A stretch of DNA of 29,418 bases. It comes from a virus (Duplodnaviria; Caudoviricetes). The stretch covers positions 1 through 29,418 of IMG/VR virus record IMGVR_UViG_3300005739_000008; one strand, given 5' to 3'. A model generated the notes under the pieces. The model was given only the letters and a program-made list of their open reading frames with translations, made no database searches and was not told the DNA's origin. The position numbers and the translations under genes are program-made. Positions 18,324 through 24,925 of the stretch are shown in pieces; position 1 is the first letter of the stretch, and each line of letters starts with the position of its first letter.

Positions 18324-18664
18324 TCGTGGTTGCCTCCGTTTGCGGTTTCGATCGCTTCCTCGATGATGGCCAGGGCGCCGCAAAGCGTGCGCTCGGCCTC
18401 GGGTGTTTCGTCGATGGCTTGCCGCATGTGCGCCCGGGCGATGGCCAGGGCGAGCAGCATCGAGGGCGCCGCGGCGATCAGCCGGGCGTTTGCTATGGCT
18501 TCGTCGTCGAGATTCTGATTGAGAACCGCAACGGTGAGCGGGCCTTGCGGATGCTCTTTGAGCTCGACGGCGTGCACGCGGATGTTGTGCATGCGGCTGT
18601 CGTAGTGGTCGCGGTCGATATGCGGCCGCCATGGTCCCGGGGTGTGGTTGTTGTTGGCGATCAT
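18320..18664 (-). CDS. conserved phage early protein (HTPGPW...ANARLIAAAP family)
   Basis: Both hallmark motifs are present. Confidence 0.8.
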   Translation of the reverse strand: MIANNNHTPGPWRPHIDRDHYDSRMHNIRVHAVELKEHPQGPLTVAVLNQNLDDEAIANARLIAAAPSMLLALAIARAHMRQAIDETPEAERTLCGALAIIEEAIETANGGNHE

Positions 18665-18665
18665 G

Positions 18666-18878
18666 TTACCAGTTGGCGTCGGCCATGTTGAAGGCCTGGG
18701 CGAATTGCAAGCCGCGGACATGGTCGGCCGCGGTGCTGGTCTCGTGGTAGGCTTTGCGGGTTGCGGGGTAGTAAGCGATCGTGTCGCCTTTGCTGATCTG
18801 CTTGCCGGTCTCGGGGCAAGTGCTGGCAAAGCGCGCCGTGATAAAGCACGGCGGCCGGTGTTGCGTGTATCTGCTCAT
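18666..18878 (-). CDS. hypothetical protein
   Basis: ITARFASTCPETGKQISKGDTI motif; ATG 9 nt after the conserved leader. Confidence 0.7.
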   Translation of the reverse strand: MSRYTQHRPPCFITARFASTCPETGKQISKGDTIAYYPATRKAYHETSTAADHVRGLQFAQAFNMADANW

Positions 18879-18887
18879 GTTGTCTTG

Positions 18888-18991
18888 TGCCCGTTTGGTC
18901 GGTTGGCTCTTCCGGGTTTGTTGTTGTTGGTTGGTCGGCCTGGTGGCCGTCCGTGGCGCCCGGGACGTGCCCGGGCGCGGTCGGACAGTCA
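18888..18991 (-). repeat. intergenic hairpin + leader module, copy 2
   Basis: Identical blocks at 18888-18918 and 18945-18961; inner stem differs in sequence but still pairs. Confidence 0.9.
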
Positions 18992-19477
18992 TGCGGCGAG
19001 CTCGAGGTCGGGTTGCCGGTGCGGGAGATCGCGGGCGAGCTCGTGCTCGATCATTCCATTTTTAACCTGCTGCATCATGCGGCCGATCGAGAGCCCGGCG
19101 AGCGGGGCCTCGACGTGGCGCCGGAGCAGCGTGCCGGCGGCCTCGGCATAAAGCCGGCTGCCGATGACAATGATCCGCGAGGCGCACCGGAGCCCGGCGC
19201 CGGTGGGGTCGTCGTGCAAGCGCTCGAAGGCGTGCGGCATGTCGGCCAGGCTGCGCACCGGCTGCATGCGTTGCTCGTAGTAGTCGATGCCGGCGCTCGG
19301 CGACAAAAAGCCATATTTGCCGGAGAGGATGACATAGCTATGCCGGGCGGCCTCGATGCGCTGACGGGCCATGGTGAACAGCTGGCCGGCGTAAGCGCTC
19401 CGCGCCAGGCAATACCCGGCGCGGAGCTCCGCGGATTTCTTGGCCGAGCAGGCCAAGATGAACACGGTGGGCGTCAT
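18989..19477 (-). CDS. DUF6884-like protein
   Basis: ILACSAKK...ARSAYAGQLF...ILSGKYGFL.P...IDYYEQRM pattern. Confidence 0.7.
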   Translation of the reverse strand: MTPTVFILACSAKKSAELRAGYCLARSAYAGQLFTMARQRIEAARHSYVILSGKYGFLSPSAGIDYYEQRMQPVRSLADMPHAFERLHDDPTGAGLRCASRIIVIGSRLYAEAAGTLLRRHVEAPLAGLSIGRMMQQVKNGMIEHELARDLPHRQPDLELAA

Positions 19478-19478
19478 G

Positions 19479-19724
19479 TCAGCGGCGGCGCTTGGCGGCG
19501 CGGGCTTTGCGTTTCTCGGCGCGGATCGCGGCGGCCTTGGCGCGGACGCCGTCGACGTAAAGCCGGGCGGCCTCGAACATGATCTCGCTCGAGGCGCGGC
19601 GGCCGGCCTCGCGGATGCCGATGATGCCGCCGGGGTGCAGCGAGATGACGAGCTCGGGCCGGACGCCATAGGCGGCCGGCGTGGTGTGAGCTTTGCGGGT
19701 GACGGGTTTGTTGAGCGTGGTCAT
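19479..19724 (-). CDS. basic hypothetical protein
   Basis: MTTLNKPVTRK...IGIREAGRR; 1-nt spacing to both neighbours. Confidence 0.7.
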   Translation of the reverse strand: MTTLNKPVTRKAHTTPAAYGVRPELVISLHPGGIIGIREAGRRASSEIMFEAARLYVDGVRAKAAAIRAEKRKARAAKRRR

Positions 19725-19725
19725 G

Positions 19726-20166
19726 TTAGGCGTGCGTGCGGTTGAGTGCGTAGCCGGTGATGCCGAGCGCTTCGGCGATTGCGACAAGGGCCTCGTCGAT
19801 TGCGTTGTCGCCGACGCCGTCGATGCGTTTGGCGAGCGTGATCCCGGCGTTTTCGATCGCTTCCTGCGCGGCGGCGCTGGTGCGGTGGTAGCCGTAACCG
19901 CCGGCGCGGCCGGAGCTGGCGCGGTAAGCGGTGCCGTGGGCGCCGTGGTGATTGATCCACAAGCAAGCGGAATTGGTGCGGCCGGTGCCGTAGAGACGGA
20001 GCTCGACGGGCACGTGCAGCCGGTGCTGTGCGGTCTGTTCGTCCTGGTCGATCGTGACGATCTGCCGGACCTCGAGGTAGCACGCGTTCTCCTTGCGGTG
20101 GCGCGGGTTGAATTTGCAGATGTGATCCGCGGCGATTGTCGCGGTCTGTTTGTCTAGCGTTTGCAT
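19726..20166 (-). CDS. conserved phage early protein (AGGYGYH..SAA motif)
   Basis: 146 aa; first gene after the leftward promoter. Confidence 0.75.
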   Translation of the reverse strand: MQTLDKQTATIAADHICKFNPRHRKENACYLEVRQIVTIDQDEQTAQHRLHVPVELRLYGTGRTNSACLWINHHGAHGTAYRASSGRAGGYGYHRTSAAAQEAIENAGITLAKRIDGVGDNAIDEALVAIAEALGITGYALNRTHA

Positions 20167-20175
20167 TTTTTCATT

Positions 20176-20209
20176 TGCCCGTTTTTTATCCGGTCGGCTC
20201 GTCCGGGTT
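20176..20209 (-). repeat. leader element, copy 3 (diverged)
   Basis: AACCCGGACGAGCCGACCGGATAAAAAACGGGCA, 9 nt before the ATG. Confidence 0.75.
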
Positions 20210-20251
20210 GGTTGTTCTGTAGCTAGGTAAATTGGCCTCGCTACGTAGGGA

Positions 20252-20279
20252 AATCTAGCGTGCGCTCGCTACGTGTCAA
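20252..20279 (-). promoter_or_regulatory. early leftward sigma70 promoter with operator repeats
   Basis: TTGACA-16 nt-TAGATT; CTCGCTACGT direct repeat at 20237-20246 and 20265-20274. Confidence 0.75.
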
Positions 20280-20377
20280 GCGGGTTTCTGAAAGTTTTTT
20301 TGGGGGGTGATTTCACCAGCACGAGCCCGGCCAGGGCCCGCGAATGATCCTTGCGTCGCTTGTATATTCAATTGATA

Positions 20378-20644
20378 TTAAGGAGCCGCTTCCTGCGCTC
20401 CGCCACCGCCAGGGTTTTGCGGGTAGTCGATCACTTTCCCGGCGTGGCTTTTGGCCGTGGTGAGGGTGAGGCCGCGGGCGACCGCGTCGGTGATGCATTC
20501 CCGGGCCATGGCCGTCCGGGTAAGGTTCGAGGCCGCGGCCAGGCGTTGCAGCTCGGCGTCGACCTCGGTGCTGATCGTGGTGCTAATGCGGACGCGGCCC
20601 TTCCCGGCGGACCGATCGGACCGGCGCCTTTTCGTGCTTTTCAT
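20378..20644 (-). CDS. ribbon-helix-helix regulator (putative immunity repressor)
   Basis: VRISTTISTEVDAELQRLAAASNLTRTAMARECI, an RHH pattern; divergent switch position. Confidence 0.7.
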   Translation of the reverse strand: MKSTKRRRSDRSAGKGRVRISTTISTEVDAELQRLAAASNLTRTAMARECITDAVARGLTLTTAKSHAGKVIDYPQNPGGGGAQEAAP

Positions 20645-20650
20645 AGGGCC

Positions 20651-20714
20651 AATGTCGCACCGGTTAATTTTCTAGCAAGAAATATATTGCGTTCTAGGTA
20701 GAACTACCTAGAAC
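20651..20714. promoter_or_regulatory. back-to-back promoters and perfect palindromic operator
   Basis: Left TTGCTA-16-GACATT, right TTGCGT-16-TAGAAC; GTTCTAGGTAG-AA-CTACCTAGAAC at 20691-20714. Confidence 0.7.
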
Positions 20715-20720
20715 AAGGGG

Positions 20721-20894
20721 ATGCCCGCTAAATCTCTCACCGTTTTAGTGCCGGAAGAAGTCGCTGCGCAAATCGACGAAGCTGCGCGGAGCCAGTATTT
20801 AAGCCGCTCCGACGTCGTCCGGCAGATCATCATCGCAGAGCTCGAGCGTCGTCGGCGTGAGCTCGAGGACAATCAACCGGGAGTCGCGGCGTGA
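20721..20894 (+). CDS. CopG/RHH regulator (Cro analogue; 57 aa, absent from ORF track)
   Basis: MPAKSLTVLVPEEVAAQIDEAARSQYLSRSDVVRQIII, a classic RHH pattern. Confidence 0.8.
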   Translation: MPAKSLTVLVPEEVAAQIDEAARSQYLSRSDVVRQIIIAELERRRRELEDNQPGVAA

Positions 20895-20998
20895 GTGATT
20901 CCGCGGCGCTTTTGTTTTTGCTGGTGCTGTTCCTGGCGGCGTTCGCCGGGATGCTGAACGCACTGAAACGAGTGTTTGAAAGGGGCGGCCGGCGATGA
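20891..20998 (+). CDS. 35-aa single-pass membrane peptide
   Basis: GTGA and ATGA overlaps on both sides; ALLFLLVLFLAAFAGML. Confidence 0.55.
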   Translation: MSDSAALLFLLVLFLAAFAGMLNALKRVFERGGRR

Positions 20999-21216
20999 TC
21001 GCGGCGCGCTCCTCCCGGATGCGTTCGAGCGGGCGCGGATCGCGTCGGCGCTCGAGCTCGGCGCCGCGGGCGCCGCGGTGGATGGTCTACGGCTTTTGCC
21101 CGCTCACCGGTCCCTGGCGCCAGATCGTGCACGCGGCGACGGCCGCCGGCGCCCTGGTCAAATACGCGACCGAGCACGATATGCCGCTCGAGGCCTGTCA
21201 CGTCCGGCCGGACTGA
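20995..21216 (+). CDS. hypothetical protein
   Basis: 73 aa, translationally coupled to the previous gene. Confidence 0.55.
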   Translation: MIAARSSRMRSSGRGSRRRSSSAPRAPRWMVYGFCPLTGPWRQIVHAATAAGALVKYATEHDMPLEACHVRPD

Positions 21217-21245
21217 TCGCCCCGGGCCCCTTTTTCTTTTTTTGT

Positions 21246-21479
21246 ATGTCAAACCAAGGCGAACAAATAAACAAATCGGCGGCGCTGCCGCGGGTGTTCT
21301 CGATCGGTAGCCTGGCTGATCATCTCGGGCTGAGCCGGCGCACTGTGTGCCGGGCGCTGAGCTCGGGCGAGCTCGAGCATTATCGAGTTGGCGCCCGGGC
21401 TCTCATCCCGGAACCGGCTGCGCTTGCCTGGTTGGAATCTCAACGGGTCGGACGTCGGCCCCGGCTGCGCGTAGCATGA
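21246..21479 (+). CDS. excisionase-family (HTH_17/MerR-like) DNA-binding protein
   Basis: FSIGSLADHLGLSRRTVCRALSSGELEHYRVGARALIP. Confidence 0.8.
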   Translation: MSNQGEQINKSAALPRVFSIGSLADHLGLSRRTVCRALSSGELEHYRVGARALIPEPAALAWLESQRVGRRPRLRVA

Positions 21480-22534
21480 CCGGCCCCGGCTCCCTCATCC
21501 AAGCGGCCGCGGATGCGGACCGCGCCGCCCCGCCCTTTTCTTTTTTTTCGGAGGTTCAAGAGGAGGCAGAGAAATGCCTGGCTGAGTCTGGGGAGTTCAC
21601 CGGCGAGCGGCTTTTCCGGGATCGGCCGGCGGTCTACGCGGCCGCGGTGCGGATGATCGCGGAGGGACAGAGCATCTCGGCGACGGCCCGGGCGCTTGGC
21701 ATCTCGAGGAATACGGTTGCCGCGGTCCGCGATCGTGAGGGCGTTTCTATAGAGCAGGACAAAAAGGAGTTGTTGCGGGATCTTCGCCGGGCTTCCCGGC
21801 TCGGCGTCGAGAAGGTGATCGAGCTCCTGCCGGAAACCAAGGCGGCCAAAGATGCCGCGATCGTCGCCGCGGTGATGGTCGACAAGATGCAGCTGCTATC
21901 CGGCGAGGCGACAAGCCGGGTCGAGCGAGTCGAGACCAAGCCCGACCAGGTGAAGGCGTTCCTGGATTCCTTGCCGGTCGTCGAGGGTGAGGTGCTCGAG
22001 GTTATTTCAACCGGTGTTCCCGGGGAAACGGCCGGGCAAAAGGCGGCCGGGCTCGAGGCCGCGGTGCCGGCGCTCCCGGCGCCTCTGTCTGATTCCGTAT
22101 CAGATGATCCTGCCGGTTCTGACACTGTAGACGAGGCTTGTCGGACCGATGCACGGACCACGGCCGGCAGTTTTGAGACCGCCCCGGATGCCGCGGACGA
22201 TGGCGCCGGGCGCCCGGGTGATGGGGGGGGAGGGGGTGCCTTCTGTTTCGCGCCTGCTCCCAGGGGGATTGATACCGAAAAACAGAATTTTGGCCAAAGG
22301 GCCATTTGTTCCGTCGGTGGACGCGATGAGACGCGCTCGGAGCTCGGGGGAGTTTCCGAAACTCAATCGGCCGCAGCGGAACGCGGCGTGGCAGATGGGG
22401 GTCTGCCCGCCGCATCACATTTATGCAAGCGCACGAAAAAGAAACAGGGCGGGGGACCGAAGCGGTCGCCCGCGAAACCAGTCTCGCCGAAGGCACCGAC
22501 TTCGCAAAAAAAGAAGGGGGGCTCCGGGTGCTGA
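21476..22534 (+). CDS. HTH protein, putative terminase small subunit with low-complexity C-terminal extension
   Basis: GQSISATARALGISRNTVAAV HTH; AAVMVDKMQLLSGEATSRVE pattern; G-run-rich 3' part. Confidence 0.55.
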   Translation: MTGPGSLIQAAADADRAAPPFSFFSEVQEEAEKCLAESGEFTGERLFRDRPAVYAAAVRMIAEGQSISATARALGISRNTVAAVRDREGVSIEQDKKELLRDLRRASRLGVEKVIELLPETKAAKDAAIVAAVMVDKMQLLSGEATSRVERVETKPDQVKAFLDSLPVVEGEVLEVISTGVPGETAGQKAAGLEAAVPALPAPLSDSVSDDPAGSDTVDEACRTDARTTAGSFETAPDAADDGAGRPGDGGGGGAFCFAPAPRGIDTEKQNFGQRAICSVGGRDETRSELGGVSETQSAAAERGVADGGLPAASHLCKRTKKKQGGGPKRSPAKPVSPKAPTSQKKKGGSGC

Positions 22535-22899
22535 CGTCGGCGGGTGTGAAGAAGGTCGCAGAGATGCTGCGCCGCAAACGCGAGCAGGAAGCGCCGCCGA
22601 CGTTCGATCCAGTCGACGTGCCCGAGCCGCCGGAAGAAGCGCCCGAGTGGCGTCCTGGGCCGGCGCCGGAGGTGGCCGTGGAGGAGTTGGACCCGGAAAC
22701 CAAGGTCTACGCCAAGGCCATGCGGCACTACTTCAACCCGAAGCTCTTGGGCTGCGAAGTCGAGGGCAAGGCGGGCGTGGTCAACGTGCGCGTGCGGGAC
22801 GCCAAGTTCTACCGGGCGGGCGAGCGGTTTGTGGTGAAGATGAATGACATGGGTGAATGGGAGGCGGAGGTGCATCGCATCGCTCCGAAATACCGCTGA
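22423..22899 (+). CDS. hypothetical protein
   Basis: 158 aa with typical codon usage; NPKLL...VRVRD..FY C-terminal domain; start uncertain. Confidence 0.65.
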   Translation: MQAHEKETGRGTEAVARETSLAEGTDFAKKEGGLRVLTSAGVKKVAEMLRRKREQEAPPTFDPVDVPEPPEEAPEWRPGPAPEVAVEELDPETKVYAKAMRHYFNPKLLGCEVEGKAGVVNVRVRDAKFYRAGERFVVKMNDMGEWEAEVHRIAPKYR

Positions 22900-23093
22900 T
22901 GTGGGAACGCATCGACAATCCCAAGTGCCTGCTTTGCGCCCGCAATGCCGTCGTTCGCACGGACATCGGGCACCTGTGCTGGCTGTGCCACAACGACGTC
23001 AACCGCATGCAGGTCTGGCTGCTGCAAACGCTGCAATGGCGACCCATGAGCAAAAAGGAAGGAGCGGAGCATGAGCAGCACGTCAACGGCTGA
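22899..23093 (+). CDS. small zinc-finger protein
   Basis: CLLC...CWLCH; TGATG overlap. Confidence 0.6.
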   Translation: MWERIDNPKCLLCARNAVVRTDIGHLCWLCHNDVNRMQVWLLQTLQWRPMSKKEGAEHEQHVNG

Positions 23094-23223
23094 AAAAAAA
23101 GAACGCCCGGCCGCCAAGCCGCCCGTCACGTTCCGCGAGACCGACGGCGCTGTGCAGTTGGTCGGCTATCCCGGCTGGCGGCTGATCATCGAACGCATCG
23201 AAAAAAAGAAAGGGGCGGCGTGA
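23071..23223 (+). CDS. hypothetical protein (50 aa, absent from ORF track)
   Basis: GGAG upstream; MSSTSTAEKKERP...IEKKKGAA*; GTGA overlap with the next gene. Confidence 0.5.
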   Translation: MSSTSTAEKKERPAAKPPVTFRETDGAVQLVGYPGWRLIIERIEKKKGAA

Positions 23224-23405
23224 AGCGCATGAACGGCCGAATCCTCGAACTAGAGCCCGGCACCGTCGGCTACCAGCACTTCGACGCGGCCGCCATGAAT
23301 CGCGCCCTTAACGCCTGGGCCCGGCGCCGCGGCATCGTCTGGGAGTCGCCCTTCCGCCGTCCCTTTGACTTCGAACCCAAGAAGAAAATGAAACGCACAC
23401 CATGA
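23220..23405 (+). CDS. hypothetical protein
   Basis: 61 aa, coupled on both sides. Confidence 0.6.
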   Translation: MKRMNGRILELEPGTVGYQHFDAAAMNRALNAWARRRGIVWESPFRRPFDFEPKKKMKRTP

Positions 23406-24295
23406 GAATACGCACCGTCAAACCCGAGTTTTGGGCGCATCCGGTCATGAGCCGGTTGCCCTACGACACCCGCATCCTTGCCCTTGGCCTCCTCAACCTT
23501 GCCGACGACGAAGGCTACTTCGACGCCGATCCCGATTACATCCGCGGCGCGGTCCTATTCCGCGAAGATTCGTCGAATGTTCGTCGAATGCTCGACGAGC
23601 TTTCGCGCAGCCAGTGGATCACCCTCTGCGGGACGCCGGAAAGGCCGATTGGCCGCGTGGTCAACTTCCGCAAGCACCAAAGAGTCGATCGTCCGCAACC
23701 CTCTCGTCTCAAGCAATATGCGCTCGACGAAGATTCGTCGAACGATCGACGAGCCCTCGACGATCAATCGACGCAGGAACAGGGAACAGGGAAAGGAAAG
23801 GAATCCCCTATAGTCCCCGCAAGCGGGGACGAGCCAGCCGAGGAAGATCCTTTGCTTCTCCGAGCCAAGGCGATCTTTCGAATGCGCCCCGGCACGGCGC
23901 TCGATCGGTCGATGCGCCGCGCATGGAAGCTGTCGACCGCCGCCATCGCCGGCACGACCGAGCCGGAATGGCAAACGCTCGAGGCCTACTACGCCAGCCA
24001 ATCCATCCACTTCCGCGAAGACATCCGCCGCCGCGACTTGGCGACGCTCTTGAACAACTGGTCCGGCGAGCTGACCCGCGCCGCGGCATGGGCAGCCCGA
24101 ACCGGCTTCCACCCCGAAAATTCGCAAAAAAAAGAAACGGGGGGGCCGCCCGACGAGTTATGGCGGGCGGCGCTCGAGGCGCTTTACCCCGAGGGGAATC
24201 ACACCGCGTATCGCGCCTGGGCCGACGTGCCTGAGTCGCTGCGCGAAGAGATCACCGCGGCCATCGCGGCCGCCGAAGAGCAGGAGGCAGCATGA
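23402..24295 (+). CDS. replication initiator / replisome organizer (lambda O analogue)
   Basis: MRIRTVKPEFW...LLNLADDEGYF...NFRKHQ N-terminal family motif; upstream of DnaB; internal iterons. Confidence 0.8.
   Translation: MRIRTVKPEFWAHPVMSRLPYDTRILALGLLNLADDEGYFDADPDYIRGAVLFREDSSNVRRMLDELSRSQWITLCGTPERPIGRVVNFRKHQRVDRPQPSRLKQYALDEDSSNDRRALDDQSTQEQGTGKGKESPIVPASGDEPAEEDPLLLRAKAIFRMRPGTALDRSMRRAWKLSTAAIAGTTEPEWQTLEAYYASQSIHFREDIRRRDLATLLNNWSGELTRAAAWAARTGFHPENSQKKETGGPPDELWRAALEALYPEGNHTAYRAWADVPESLREEITAAIAAAEEQEAA
23567..23775. repeat. iteron arrays, putative replication origin
   Basis: Three (23567-23599) plus five (23721-23775) tandem 11-bp units with core TCG[A/T]CGA (last unit degenerate), followed by a purine-rich tract. 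Confidence 0.7.
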
Positions 24296-24390
24296 ACACA
24301 GCCGCATTCGCCGCCTGGGTGCTGTTGGCCGTTTTGGTCATCACGATCCTGGTCGCGGTATTCGACGACAACGACCCGCGCTTCCCATGA
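24292..24390 (+). CDS. 32-aa membrane peptide
   Basis: MNTAAFAAWVLLAVLVITILVAVFDDNDPRFP*; ATGA overlaps on both sides. Confidence 0.55.
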   Translation: MNTAAFAAWVLLAVLVITILVAVFDDNDPRFP

Positions 24391-24722
24391 ACCCTTTGAC
24401 CGGACCGCATGGTGCGGCGGGAGACCCGCCGACCGGGAGCCATCGTGCACCGCATGAAACACGGACGGTCAACCTTCCACCCATGAAAACCAAACCCGAG
24501 CACCGCTCTTATTCCATCAGCTACGTGACGTCTTACAACAAATTCCCGCCATACATTCAGCCCGCGCCGAACGGCCGCGAGCTGGCTGAGCTCTACGACA
24601 AAGCCGCCAAGCAGATCGAGAAACTCGTCTATGCCCTCAAGCTCTGCGCGCCGCTCACGCCGCGCGCACAGCAAGCCCGCAGCGAGGCCTTCGACGCCGT
24701 GATGGAGGACATGAAATCATGA
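24387..24722 (+). CDS. hypothetical protein (true start may be 24483)
   Basis: Helical C-terminal part with typical codon usage; N-terminal part overlaps the RNA structure. Confidence 0.55.
   Translation: MNPLTGPHGAAGDPPTGSHRAPHETRTVNLPPMKTKPEHRSYSISYVTSYNKFPPYIQPAPNGRELAELYDKAAKQIEKLVYALKLCAPLTPRAQQARSEAFDAVMEDMKS
24396..24472 (+). ncRNA. candidate structured RNA (multi-stem)
   Basis: Nested stems TTGACCG/CGGTCAA, CCG/CGG, CATG-GTGC/GCAC-CATG and a GGCGGG/CCCGCC hairpin. Confidence 0.4.
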
Positions 24723-24925
24723 GTCAACCCATCCGCATCCCCGACCGTTTCGCCACGGCCGATCCGCGTGCAAAGAGCCGCCGCCTGACGAAGAACGCCA
24801 TACTCAACCGCCCCGATCGCCGGAGCGTCAGCGGCACCGCGGCGACAAATTTCCGCGGTCGCGCCAAGTCCAAGCGCGTGCGCCTGCGCAAACTGCAACG
24901 CCAAGCCCGGAGGAAACAACGATGA
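24719..24925 (+). CDS. highly basic small protein
   Basis: 68 aa, R/K-rich, ATGA overlaps on both sides. Confidence 0.55.
   Translation: MSQPIRIPDRFATADPRAKSRRLTKNAILNRPDRRSVSGTAATNFRGRAKSKRVRLRKLQRQARRKQR

Noticed and set aside
17901-20209. CRISPR array or classical integron attC sites
   Set aside because: Repeats are about 1 kb apart with whole genes between them; no cas genes; the hairpins lack the RYYYAAC/GTTRRRY boundaries and no IntI-type features were recognised in the integrase
21218-21245. Intrinsic terminator before the excisionase
   Set aside because: Stem is weak; the T-tract is better explained as a minus-strand copy of the A-tract/G-tract motif (not fully excluded)
24396-24472. 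Hammerhead or other known ribozyme
   Set aside because: GAAAC is present but the CUGANGA core is missing; no known catalytic consensus recognised
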